Notes under the pieces: generated by a model | Databases searched by the model: none | What the model was told of the DNA's origin: nothing | The model's input: only the letters and a program-made list of their open reading frames with translations | Position numbers and translations under genes: made by a program | Source of the DNA: Guillardia theta CCMP2712 | Taxonomy: Eukaryota; Protista; Cryptophyta | Direction of reading: 5' to 3' | Length of the DNA stretch: 64,000 nt | Assembly: GCF_000315625.1 (NCBI RefSeq) | Contig: NW_005434520.1 | Span: 58,403 to 122,402 of the forward strand | In this document: in pieces, positions 1 to 12,500 of the stretch | How positions within the stretch are numbered: position 1 is the stretch's first letter | Layout of the letters: each line of letters starts with the position of its first letter

Positions 1-23
1 CTGCTGCTCTTCTGCTTCTGCTC

Positions 24-668
24 TGCTGCTGCTGCTTCCTCTCCTACTGTGTATGCCCCTGACAAACTGAGAATCTTTCGCGCGCTCCCCATCGCATAGC
101 TCAAGCTCACAACCCCTGTAAACCCTCTGCTTACTCTGAGATGTGTGCCTCCCCTCCTCCTTCTACCCCTCTTCCCCTCTCTCCCTCCCCTTCTCCCCAT
201 CTCTCCCTCCTCCCCTCTCTCTTCTCCTCCCTTCTCCACTCTTATCCTCGTTTCCCTATCTCTACAACCTCCTCCCCTAGCATCTCGGACTCTGAGGACG
301 CAACCATAGGCAACGGTGATGTGGCTCGTGGGGCTCATGGGCAGCAACGCGGTGAAGAGCAGCACGGACGGGGGAGCGATCTCACTGCACCTGAGAGGAG
401 CTGCTGCCATACTGCTGGTACGTGCGAGAGCCAAGGGAGGGGGGGAGGGGAAGAGGGGAGAAGGGGAGGGAGAAGACGAGGAAGGGAGGAGGGGAAGAGA
501 GAAGAAGGGGAGGGAGAAAGGGGGAGAGGGGTAGAAGGAGGAGGGAAGGTACACATATCAGCATCAGCAGAGGGTTTACAGGAGTTCAGAGCATGAGCAA
601 TGCGATGGGGTGCACGGGAAAGAATTTCAGTTTGTCAAGGGCATACACAAGAAGGAGAGGAAGCAGCA

Positions 669-680
<12 letters not shown>
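24..680. repeat. Imperfect inverted repeat pair (~24-180 and ~515-680) flanking a probable small exon (281-417)
   Basis: tgtgtatgcccctgacaaactgagaatctttc...cctgtaaaccctctgct near 48-131 is the reverse complement, with scattered mismatches, of agcagagggtttacagg...gaaagaatttcagtttgtcaagggcatacaca near 566-649. Confidence 0.85.
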
Positions 681-701
<21 letters not shown>

Positions 702-1397
702 GCAGCTAATTCTGACTAATAATTTGTCAGGCTGGCTGTCTCGATTCCCTTGGAGATGAGGAGTTACAACGCAACGTTGTCAACATTGTAGAGGTCTGTA
801 TCGCCCTTCTTCTTCCCTCCTCCCTCCTCCTCTCTCTTCCTCCTCTTTTCTACTCCCTCCCTCCTCCCTCCCTCCCTCCTCGCTCCTCCCTCCCCTTTCT
901 CCCTCCCCCCTCCTCTTCCTCCTCCCTCCTCCCTCCCTCCTCCCTCCCTCCTCCCTCCCTCCTCCTCGTTTCCTTGCTTTCCTGAATCATTTAGTAACTC
1001 CCTCCCTTCATTACTTCCCTGCTCCTTCCTCCTTCCGTTTCATCCTCTTTGACATTCCTGACGTTGCACCTCGACCTGACCCCTCCGCTCCCTTCGCTCC
1101 CCCCTCCCTTTGCCTCCTTTTCCCTCCTGATCCTCCTCCTGATCGTTCACCTCCTCCTCAGGCCAGGATCGGGCTGGACACCTTCGAAGATTTGATCGTG
1201 CAAGTCTGCAAGTCGGACGCGCTGCAGGCGGCAAGGAGGAGGGAGCCGGTGCTGACGCCTCCTCGTCCTGTACGGGAGGAGGTGGAGTGGAAATTTCTGC
1301 TCTACGACTCCGATGTCGCTTCTCTTGCCGCTCAAGTTCAGTCGAAGCTGAACAAATGTTTGTTCCGCATCATGGGAGCTGCCCCCTCTCCTTCTCG
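281..1397 (+). CDS. Fragment of a multi-exon hypothetical gene (probable exons 281-417, 731-793, 1162-1397)
   Basis: Complex-sequence islands bounded by ag/gt between microsatellite-rich introns; no recognisable domain. Confidence 0.3.
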
Positions 1398-2355
1398 GTG
1401 ACTCCTCCTCTCTCCTCCTCCTCCTTCCCTGTTCTCCTCCTCTCTCCTCCTCCTCCCCTGTTCTCCTCCTCTCTCCTCCTCCTTCCCTGTTCTCCTCCTC
1501 TCTCCTCCTCCTCCCCTGTTCTCCTCCTCTCTCCTCCTCCTCCCCTGTTCTCCTCCTCTCTCCTCCTCCTCCCCTGTTCTCCTCCTCTCTCTTCCTCTTC
1601 ACTTTCTCCGCTGTACTCCTCTTGCTTTCCTTTCTTGCTTCACTTCTCGATTCTCCATCTTCACCTTCCTCAATTCCTCCTCCAAGCTTACTTGTCCTTC
1701 TCTCCCCTCTCATTTCCCCTCTCTCCACAAACCCTCATGTGGCTTCCAGTGGGAAATTCTCCAACGATGAAGTCGCAAGGGAGCGAGATGCGCTCAAGGT
1801 TTGTCCAGAGCAGGAGGAGGAAGGAAGAGGAGGAGAGAAAAAAATGCAGAAGGAAAGAGGGAGGAGGGACAGGGGTACAATGCTGAGAGGCAAGATGGAG
1901 GAGGGAGCAGGGAGCAGGGAGCAGGGAGCAGGGAGCAGGGAGCAGGGAGCAGGGAGCAGCAGTAGTGGGAGGACACATGCTGGTAACGCGGCGCGTAGGA
2001 GGAGGTTGAGCTGCTGCGAGCGAAACTCGACGAGCTTGCAGGTGAAAAGCGAGAGTGTGAGGGGCATGAAACATTGACGAGCCTCTTGCAGGAGCAGACG
2101 GAATGCAGGCAGCAGCCGGTGGCAGCGGGGAAGGAGGAGGAGGAGGAGGAGGAGGAGGAGGAGATGTCGAGAAGGCGATGAGACGATGCGAGGGAGCTGG
2201 AAGAGGCGGTAGAAAATAGGGAAGATGAGGTGGCTCGATCTATATGTACATGGGGGGGTGGAAAAACGGAGGGACGCCGAAAAGATGGACATCCTCCAGG
2301 AGGCGGATACAGTGCCCCGCTTTTTTCGGCGGCCCCAAGGCGTCGGGGGAACGAG

Positions 2356-2583
2356 NNNNNNNNNNNNNNNNNNNNNNNNNNNNNNNNNNNNNNNNNNNNN
2401 NNNNNNNNNNNNNNNNNNNNNNNNNNNNNNNNNNNNNNNNNNNNNNNNNNNNNNNNNNNNNNNNNNNNNNNNNNNNNNNNNNNNNNNNNNNNNNNNNNNN
2501 NNNNNNNNNNNNNNNNNNNNNNNNNNNNNNNNNNNNNNNNNNNNNNNNNNNNNNNNNNNNNNNNNNNNNNNNNNNNNNNNNNN
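2356..2583. other. Assembly gap
   Basis: Run of N. Confidence 1.
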
Positions 2584-2899
2584 TGACATGATCCTGTTTT
2601 AGATATGCAAACGATGAGTTGACCTGAGACGAAACTCTATGCTCCTCCTTTCGCCTTCACTCATCTGACCCCAGGTCATGTCACCGCCATCTCTGCGGGG
2701 ATTGACTTCACTGCGGCAATCTTTCAGGTCCCCTTGTACCTCCTCCCAGCGTTTTCCTCCCCTTTGGAACCCTTCCTCCTCCTCCTCCTTATCCTCATCC
2801 TCCTCCTTCACAACCACCACCACCACCACCACAACAACAACCACGACCACATCCTTTTCCTCCTCCTTTCTGTTCCTCCTGCTTCTGAGGGGCCGACAG

Positions 2900-3796
2900 G
2901 ATCTCGCCTCCTACGGGAAGGAGCTGATCTCCCTCCAAGCTGACGTCACGGAGCTGCACGCCAAGTTGAATGGAACAGCAGAGGAGGAGAGGAAGGAGGG
3001 GAGAGCAGAGCAGAGCATAGGGAGGAGGGGAGAGGAGAGAAGAGGAAAGGAGTGGAGAGCAGAGAAGAGGCGAGGGGAGGAGAGGAGAGGAGAGGAGAGG
3101 AGAGGAGAGGAAGGGAGGAGGGGAGAGGAGAGGAGAGGAGATAGCTAACTTTTCCATTCAAAGAATGATGACTTTGGGTTATGTCAGGATGATGATAACT
3201 TCTCCGAAAAGAACAGCAAGATCTCAAGCTTGCAATCTGAGGTGCTGAAATCCACTCTAATGAATCTGCTCCTCCTCCTCCTCCTCCTCCTCCTCCTCCT
3301 CCTCCTCCTCTCTCCTCTCTCCCTCCCTCCCTCCCTCCTCCGCTTTCTTTCTCACAAGTCACGTTCGTCGTTCAGGTCGATCGCCTCAAGGAGGAGTTGG
3401 TCGACAAGACTCAGGCCAACCAGAAGCTGCAGGAGGAACTTCAAGGTCCGTTTTGATTCCTCTAGCTCCTTCCCAGCTGAAGTCCCGAGAGCAGCATTGA
3501 AATCTTCCTCAGCTGAGAACGAGGGCTCAGCCCAGCAGGTGGAGGAGCTGAAAGAGGAGTTGAAGGCAGCACGTGCAGCTGGGGAGGAAGCTCGCGGGCT
3601 GCTGGAGGAGGAGAAGCTGAAGGTGAGATCGTTCTCCAGCTCCGTCTCCTCCTACCCATCGCCTTCCCCCCCCCACTCCCCACCGTACTTCTCCTCCTCC
3701 ATTCTACAGTCCTCGTCTGCTTCCTTCTAAATCCTCTGCCCTCCTCCCCTTCCCGCATCTCAGGCTGCTCCTCTTCCTTGGTCCTCTTCCTTTCTC

Positions 3797-3869
<73 letters not shown>

Positions 3870-5030
3870 CCCCTCGCTCTCTCTCCATCTATCCACTCTC
3901 TCCCTCCACCTCGCTATCCTCTCCCCCCTTTTGCTTTTGAGTGGGTGTTGTTCTGACAGATGCGCTCTCTGACAACATCACCGGAAGGANNNNNNNNNNN
4001 NNNNNNNNNNNNNNNNNNNNNNNNNNNNNNNNNNNNNNNNNNNNNNNNNNNNNNNNNNNNNNNNNNNNNNNNNNNNNNNNNNNNNNNNNNNNNNNNNNNN
4101 NNNNNNNNNNNNNNNNNNNNNNNNNNNNNNNNNNNNNNNNNNNNNNNNNNNNNNNNNNNNNNNNNNNNNNNNNNNNNNNNNNNNNNNNNNNNNNNNNNNN
4201 NNNNNNNNNNNNNNNNNNNNNNNNNNNNNNNNNNNNNNNNNNNNNNNNNNNNNNNNNNNNNNNNNNNNNNNNNNNNNNNNNNNNNNNNNNNNNNNNNNNN
4301 NNNNNNNNNNNNNNNNNNNNNNNNNNNNNNNNNNNNNNNNNNNNNNNNNNNNNNNNNNNNNNNNNNNNNNNNNNNNNNNNNNNNNNNNNNNNNNNNNNNN
4401 NNNNNNNNNNNNNNNNNNNNNNNNNNNNNNNNNNNNNNNNNNNNNNNNNNNNNNNNNNNNNNNNNNNNNNNNNNNNNNNNNNNNNNNNNNNNNNNNNNNN
4501 NNNNNNNNNNNNNNNNNNNNNNNNNNNNNNNNNNNNNNNNNNNNNNNNNNNNNNNNNNNNNNNNNNNNNNNNNNNNNNNNNNNNNNNNNNNNNNNNNNNN
4601 NNNNNNNNNNNNNNNNNNNNNNNNNNNNNNNNNNNNNNNNNNNNNNNNNNNNNNNNNNNNNNNNNNNNNNNNNNNNNNNNNNNNNNNNNNNNNNNNNNNN
4701 NNNNNNNNNNNNNNNNNNNNNNNNNNNNNNNNNNNNNNNNNNNNNNNNNNNNNNNNNNNNNNNNNNNNNNNNNNNNNNNNNNNNNNNNNNNNNNNNNNNN
4801 NNNNNNNNNNNNNNNNNNNNNNNNNNNNNNNNNNNNNNNNNNNNNNNNNNNNNNNNNNNNNNNNNNNNNNNNNNNNNNNNNNNNNNNNNNNNNNNNNNNN
4901 NNNNNNNNNNNNNNNNNNNNNNNNNNNCTCTCGTGCCCCTCTCCTGCTTCCTGCCTCTTTCCCCGTTGCAGTCTTTCTTCTTGTCTGACCATCTTTGCAG
5001 GAGGAGGAAGCAGCAGAAACTGAAGACTAG
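2900..5030 (+). CDS. Multi-exon coiled-coil protein (partial, spans a gap)
   Basis: Exons bounded by cag/gt read DLASYGKELISLQADVTELHAKLN, VDRLKEELVDKTQANQKLQEELQ and SAQQVEELKEELKAARAAGEEARGLLEEEKLK (heptad-like); boundaries approximate. Confidence 0.4.
3990..4927. other. Assembly gap
   Basis: Run of N. Confidence 1.
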
Positions 5031-5243
5031 GATCCTGGAGGAGGAGGAGGAGGAGGAGGAGGAGGAGAGGGGGAGGAAGGACAACGAGGAAGAGGGCTCC
5101 TCGCCGAGTAGGATGATCATGAGGAGGAGGAGAAGGATTCCCATTACACTTCATCAACTTTGCATAAGTTTATACACAAGGGAGGAGAGGAGGGAGGGTG
5201 ATGCTGTCCCTTCCTCTTCATGTCTGTCGGGGCATGCTGCCCT

Positions 5244-6774
5244 TCAGTGCGCGCGGGCTGGTGTCGGAGCAGCTGACGCGTCTCCTTCCACCGTGATGGG
5301 CTGCTTGGGCTGATCCTCGATGGGGGAGAGAGCAGCCTTCTTGCTGGGCCCCTGCTCCTCCGACTGACTCGCTGCTCGCTTCTTGCCGAAGACTCCGAGG
5401 ACTTTGACGGGCTCACAGCTCTCAACTTTAGCGAAGCCCTTCGCGTCCTGCTCCTCCTTCTGCCCGCTCAACTCCTTCAGCGCGTCTCCTCCAAACATGT
5501 CCTTGGAGCTCCCTTGCCCGGATGCTGCTGCCGGCTCCACCTGAAGCTCCTCCGACTCGACGGTCTGACGGAGATCCTCGGCAATGGCCTCCAGCTCGTT
5601 GATCTCGCTCTCGAGCTTCGACCGGGTCATGGATGAAACGCTGCTGCCCTCCAGGCTGCCCCCTTCCGACATCGTCTTCATATTCTTGATCCGGAGCTCG
5701 CAGATGTCGATGGCTTTGCGATAGAACTCCATCGCTTGGGGTCTGTTGTTAGTGGATTGAATCATCAGGCACATGCCAAGGTTGTAGTAGATCTCCACAA
5801 AGAGCCGGTCGTCAGACAAGCAGACCTGTGGAGGGTATCAGGGTAGCAAAAAGCATACAGCTAGGACAAGGACAAGTATGACGAGGACGACAACAAGGAA
5901 GACGACGAGGAAGAGGAAGAGGATGAGGATGAGGAAGAGGACGACGAAGAGGACGACGAAGAGGACGGGAACCTCTTTGCGGATGTCCAGGCATCGTTGG
6001 AAATCGGAGAACGCGAGCTCGAATTGCTCGTTGCGGAGGTTCACATCGCCGAGAAAGCTATACCTGCAGCATGGCATCCATCAACACAGCGAGCAGCAGC
6101 ACGAGGCAGGAGTCACGTGTCAGCCAGCAGAAGCTTGTCGCCATCATGCTTTTCAAATATGGTGCGTGCACAATCGAGCACCTTGACATGTCAATGTCAG
6201 CATGCACCATCTCAAGGTCAGCATACAAGTCCTACCTCCCAAGCGAGTTGCAGAGGATCTTCTAGCGGCTCTTGAGCTCCTTCCTCTCCCTTAGAAGTCT
6301 CGGGAGCGTCGCCTTCTTCCTCGCCCTTTGCTTCGTCCTCTCCCTCCTCCTCCTCCTCACCGTCTCCTTCTGCTCCCTCCTGCAGGGAATTTCCTTCGCC
6401 GTCTTGTTTCGCCGCACCCGTACAGACTTCTTTCGGAACAGACGCGCCGAAGACGTCTTGTCCTCCCGCGTTCTCTTCCTTGTCTTCGACTTCTCTCAGG
6501 AGAGCTGTGCCATACTGGAGGAGCGACTTCAGATTTCTCCACAGTCGTCTCTGCATCCTTCAAACCTTCAGGTAAACAGGAGCGCATTCCAGCGCAAGGT
6601 CGCCATAGTAAGCAACAAAGTCTTGCAGCAAGGAGCTGAGAATATCGACAGCCTGCCGAGGCTGTCATAGCCTAACGTTTGTCGCAAACCAACTACCTCA
6701 GAACACTTCTTCTGCTGCAGCAGCCCCGCCGCCTTCTCCAGCAAGGAGTTGTCTGGCTTCTCCGGTTGATCCAT
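5244..6774 (-). CDS. NASP: NASP/Sim3/Hif1-family histone chaperone (SHNi-TPR), multi-exon
   Basis: Spliced reading MDQPEK...YYGDLALECAPVYLK...YGTALL...acidic insert EGDGEEEEEGEDE...DPLQLAWE-VLDCARTIF...FLGDVNLRNEQFELAFSDFQRCLDIRKE...EIYYNLGMC: interrupted TPR with the LAWE motif, followed by a basic NLS-like tail (PSKKAAL). Confidence 0.85.
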
Positions 6775-7049
6775 TCTCTGTGCAAAGCACGTCACGTCAA
6801 GTCGTCATGACGCATGTCTGTTCGTTGCCTGCACGGGAGCCTCTCTGATGTTCTACAGCAAGGCAGGAGACAACCATCTACGTCCGATCAACTTCCTTCT
6901 ACTCTCTGCTCCCAGCTCGTGCTTGCATCTCTCACCCGTTCTCTCCTCTGCTTCGCTTCTCCTCTACTCCTTCCCCCGGTTCTTGCATCAGAGCAGTTTC
7001 GCGCGCTTTTCTTGCCCCTCCAGCTGCCGGCCTCATCCCCGAGTCCCCC

Positions 7050-9000
7050 GTGCAGTGACCGGCGCCGGCCAGGCTGCCGCGGCCGGGCGGCCCGGCCGGG
7101 CCTGCCCGGATCGGCCCGGGCCTCGTGACCGTACAACGTGGCTACCGTGACCGCCGAACGGTTCCGACGAAGTTCAGAAGTTCAACTGCGGTGCGGCGCG
7201 GCCCGGTGCGCCGCCCGGGCCGCGGGGGCGCGGGGCTGGCCCAGGCAGTGTGTGGCCCGGCCTCAGCCTCACACGGCCGCCGGCCGGGCCCGGGCCGCGG
7301 AGCTCCGATCGGACAGCCCGGGGGCCGGCGCCGCGGCCGCAACGGTGCCGCCCCCACGGCCGGGCGCCGCCGGGCGCCCCGCGATCAACATGATCGGATG
7401 TTGGCACCGGATGGTTCGGAAGTTCCGAGCCTGAGCGGCCGGGCAGTTCCAAACAGGCTTGAACGTTTGTGCGGCAGTGACACCGTGGCATCAGTGACCG
7501 TCCGTCACGGGCCAGTGAGTGGCCGCACGGACACTCAGCCGCGGGAGCCTTACCCGGCGGGTTCAACGGTTGCGGTCCGATCGGACGGTGGCATTACCCC
7601 GTACGGTACTACGCCGGGTAGTTCCGAAGTTCTCAGTCAGTCGGCAAAGGCGGCTTGTAACTCAGTCACTTACAGGCTGATCCTGTGACCGTGACTGGCA
7701 AGTTGACTGGCCGCACTGCAGTCACCGTTTCACCCCCCAGTGACCGTTCGGTGAGTTTCAAGTTTCCGAGGAGCCTGACTGGCAACGGTGACCCGGGCCG
7801 CGGCCGTCGCAAAGTGCCCCGCCGGGGGCGGGTGATACTGAGTCCCTTTACTCAAAGTTAAGTTACTTCAAAAATCAGTACAAGGACAACTTGATCAGGA
7901 GAGAGTCGAGGAGGCCCGACCCTCAGGACACTGTCGCACCGTGCAGGCCAAACGGCGAGAAGAGAAAGACAGCGAGAACCAAACCCAATCCTGCCGACTG
8001 CTGTCCGGGCCCTGAGGGGCCTGATCCCGGCGGGCCGGGCGCCGCCCCGGGCCGCCCGGCCCGGCGGAGTCCGAGTCCGTGCACACTGTCGTACCCCCGG
8101 GCCGACCGTCCGAGACGGACCGACCCCTTTACTCAAAGTTAAGTTAAAAATCAGTACGAGGACAATCAGGAGAGGACCGACCCATGCCAGTTTTCAAAGT
8201 GAGTTTTGCTGAACTTGAAAATAAAAAGATTGTTTTTAATCACTACCACAGCTAAAACTATCTGTACTGGCCCCCTCCTGGTACAAATCATCAATAACTA
8301 ATGTAAAAGTAGCAAATCGTTGCGACCCCTGCAATCTGATCGAATCTCAACTTCTCTCGACTTGAGATTGATCCTGAGATTTCACTTATCTGTACTCTAG
8401 TCACAAGGTCGCTGTCATCACTGTGCCCGGTTACCACCCCCAAATATTCTATACCCAACCCGTTGAACCCCTTCAACTGAGATCCCAAGTTCTCTTCTGA
8501 AATGACCAGGTCCTTAATATTCACGGAATCTTCCACCACCCACCCCTACCCTATATCTCGACGTCACGCGGTCTATTGTAGTGAAGTAAAATGGATCGTT
8601 TGGAAAAGAGGTAGAGGGGAATCTGAGTTACAAGGGGGTGGGGTTCCAATTGGATACGTCGAGAATCCCTCCATAGGTGGGGTCATAGAAAAGAAACTTT
8701 GAGGCAATCGAAGGGTGAGGTTATAGATTTGTGTCTGAGGTGGGGGTAGGGAGTAGGATGGACCCGGAAGTGTGGGGGTACTGTCACCAACTAATCTCGA
8801 GATTGCGTTTAAATCGTGTGAATAATCGGGGGGTGGGGTAATGCCTAGTACCATGCAGGGAGGTGCTTTCTGGTCGCCAGGGAGGGGGTCCCTCGTGATA
8901 AACCTGTGGTGTCAAATTGGGTGGTGGTACACGGGGTACAACATTCCTGGTAGGGTCGTATTTGACCTTGAGAGCACGGGTAGTTGGGTGGAGATGTGAG
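7050..9000. repeat. GC-rich mosaic non-coding block plus two copies of a dispersed motif (CCCTTTACTCAAAGTTAAGTTA..AAATCAGTAC) at ~7844 and ~8126
   Basis: The motif occurs twice here and as a reverse complement at ~23038-23074; the surrounding sequence is built of recurring gtgaccgt/ccggccggg/taccccc words. Confidence 0.55.
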
Positions 9001-9541
9001 GGAGCATGGCGTAGCTGTGCATGAGGAGCGCAGAGAGGGTAATGGCGTGGGCTTGGCAGGAAAGAGGAGAGTCATGGGCGGTAGAAGCATCTCACCTTGC
9101 ATGCATGAGTGCTTCTCGAACAATGTAGCAGGTTGGCATGATGAAGGTTTATGGTCACTTTCACATCGAAACTATGACTGCTCTAGTCCGTCTCCTAGCA
9201 TGCATTCGCCTTTTAAATTTAACATGAGAATATGCACGAGAATGAGTTAGACAATCTGATGTTTTCCAAGTGCGATGGTTGACATGAATTGCATCATTAC
9301 AAGTAGTGCTGATAAAGATTGGAACACGATCTCACTGATCGTTGCATTAACCTAATAGGGGTTCGTCCTTAGATAGCCATACAGCCAACAATTTTCATAT
9401 AGAAAGACAGCGATGTTTCACAATCTTGTGTAGCTAACTATTTGTAGGTACAAGGTCGGCCAGATGAATTGTGCAAGTGATTCTCAGGTAATTGTTGTCG
9501 GTATGGTAAAATTCTAAACGCCAGAGAAAACGAATTAAGCA

Positions 9542-12500
9542 ATGTTTCCATTTCTCAAAGGCATCTTGGATCAAGACGAAGATAGGCTGAAACAGGTCTC
9601 AGAAGAGAAAGAGGCTCTGCAGAAGCAAGTGGACATTCTCAGCTTGAAGCTGCAGAACATCTCTTCCCACATGTGCTCTCACCATGACTCTGAGGATGCA
9701 TTACAAAAATTTATAAACACAGCAAATATTCCCATCTGCGGATTCAATGCAGAATTGTCAATCGTACAGTTTAATGCAAAAGCTGAGGAGATTATGAAAG
9801 TCAAGAAATATCAAGTTATTGGTGAGCCCATCCTGGAAGCATTTCCACTTGACCCCGTGAGCAAAGAGCATGTAAAACCATTTGCTGTTGTGTTTCACTC
9901 GCACTCACTTGTTTATTCAGCTGACCAAACTGTGCAAGGAAGCATGGGAGGGTAAGGAAACTCGTGACTTTGAATTCTCAACATTGACCGGCAATGGAGA
10001 GAACATCGATTTGCTTATCAATTTCTCTCCCAGGACGGGTGAACATGGCGAAATTGTGGAAGTCCTTGGCATTGCCCAAGACATCACAGCTCGAAAAAGA
10101 CTTCAAGACCAGATGGAAAAGGCTACTGAAGATGCGAAACGTCTTGTAGAAGAAAAGGAAATGGTTGCGAAACAGTGGGAAGCTTTCATCCAGACAGCAA
10201 CAGCGCCGATCATTGGAATAGATTCAAACGGTGACATCAGTCATTGGAATGACAAAGCCGCTGAGCTGACAGGATTTGATACAAATGAGGTCCTTGGTAA
10301 GCCACTATTTGATGGATATGTCAAACAATCATCAAGAGCCAGCGTGAAGATCGTGTTTACGAATGCTCTCCATGGCATCGTCAGTGGAAATTTTGAGTGT
10401 CCTTTGCAGGGCAAAGAAGGAAATTTTTTAGACTTGTTGCTCAATTGCACTCCCCACCGTGACGTTAGTGGAAATGTTATTGGAGTCATCGCGGTTGGTC
10501 AAGATATCACTGAGAGGAAGAAGGTGGAGCAAGAGAAATCTCGAGTTGTTCAGGAGCTACAATCCTTCATTGACACTGCGAATGCTCCGATCTTTGGTAT
10601 TGATGTAGAGGGATACTTGAACGAATGGAATAACAAGGCAGCTCAAATCACTGGATTTTCTCGTGATGACGTTCTAGGGTGCAACTTTGTGGAAGATTTG
10701 ATTGATGTTGCCTACCATAGCAGTTTGCAAGCTGTCCTCGATGACGCCTTGAGAGGAAAGGAAACGGTAAATTTCGAGTTTCCTTTCTATACGCAAAAAA
10801 ATCGCAAACTCAACTTGCTTTTGAACGTGACTGCACGTAAAGATATTAATGGAGCTATTATTGGTGTGATCGGTGTAGCCCAAGACGTCACGGACCGTAC
10901 CGTAGCAGAACAAGAAAAGATACGTGTTGCTCAAGAATTACAGTCCTTCATTGACACGGCGAACGCCCCCATCTTCGGTATCGACGCGAACGGGCTTGTG
11001 AACGAGTGGAACAACAAGGCGGCGGAGATCACGGGCTTCTCGAGGGAGGAGGTGATGGGAAAGAGCCTTGTTGACGAGTACATCACGGACGAGTATCGGG
11101 CGTCAGTTACTGAAGTACTAGACAACGCTCTACAGGGTCGCGAGGCGGCGAACTTCGAGTTCCCCCTGTACACGAAGGACGAGAGGAGGGTGGAGGTGCT
11201 GCTCAACGCCACGACACGAAGGGACGTGAGCGGGCGGGTTGTCGGAGTGATCGGGGTCGGGCAGGACATCACCGAGAGGAAGCAGGTTGAGATTGAAAAG
11301 ACCCGAGTGGCGCAGGAGCTGCAGACTTTCATCGACACGGCGAACGCCCCCATCTTCGGCATTGACGCGAACGGGCTTGTGAACGAGTGGAACAACAAGG
11401 CGGCGGAGATCACTGGCTTCTCGAGGGAGGAGGTGATGGGGCAGAGCCTTGTCGATGTGTACATCACGGACGAGTATCGGGCGTCGGTGAAAGCGGTACT
11501 AGACAACGCTCTACAGGGTCGCGAGGCGGCGAACTTCGAGTTCCCCCTGTACACGAAGGACGAGAGGAGGGTGGAGGTGCTGCTCAACGCCACGACACGA
11601 AGGGACGTGAGCGGGCGGGTTGTCGGAGTGATCGGGGTCGGGCAGGACATCACCGAAAGGAAATGGGCGGAGGAAGAGATGACTCGAGTGGCGCAGGAGC
11701 TGCAGACTTTCATCGACACGGCGAACGCCCCCATCTTCGGTATCGACGCGAACGGGCTTGTGAACGAGTGGAACAACAAGGCGGCGGAGATCACTGGCTT
11801 CTCGAGGGAGGAGGTGATGGGGCAGAGCCTGGTTGACGAGTATATTACAGACGAGTATCGGGCGTCGGTGAAAGCGGTACTAGACAACGCTCTACAGGGT
11901 CGCGAGGCGGCGAACTTCGAGTTCCCCCTGTACACGAAGGACGAAAGGAGGGTGGAGGTGCTGCTCAACGCCACGACACGAAGGGACGTCAGTGGATGTG
12001 TGATTGGAGTGATCGGGGTCGGGCAGGACATCACCGAAAGGAAATGGGCGGAGGAAGAGATGACCCGAGTGGCGCAGGAGCTGCAGACTTTCATCGACAC
12101 GGCGAACGCTCCCATCTTCGGCATCGACGCGAACGGGCTTGTGAACGAGTGGAACAACAAGGCGGCGGAGATCACTGGCTTCTCGAGGGAGGAGGTGATG
12201 GGGCAGAGCCTGGTTGACGAGTATATTACGGACGAGTATCGGGCGTCAGTTACTGAAGTACTAGAAAACGCTCTACAGGGTCGCGAGGCGGCGAACTTCG
12301 AGTTCCCCCTGTACACGAAGGACGAGAGGAGGGTGGAGGTGCTGCTCAACGCCACGACACGAAGGGACGTCAATGGAAACGTTGTTGGAGTGATCGGGGT
12401 CGGGCAGGACATCACCGAGAGGAAGCAAGCAGAGCAAGAAAAGACCCGAGTGGCGCAGGAGCTGCAGACTTTCATCGACACGGCGAACGCCCCCATCTTC

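Noticed and set aside
141-5157. Many poly-E/R/S/L ORFs and ORFs running through X
   Set aside because: Products of (CTC)n/(GAG)n intron microsatellites and N gaps
7125-7688. Gly/Arg/Pro/Ala-rich ORFs in the GC islands (also 21.9-22.7 kb)
   Set aside because: Open frames are expected from extreme GC content; low-complexity translations on both strands
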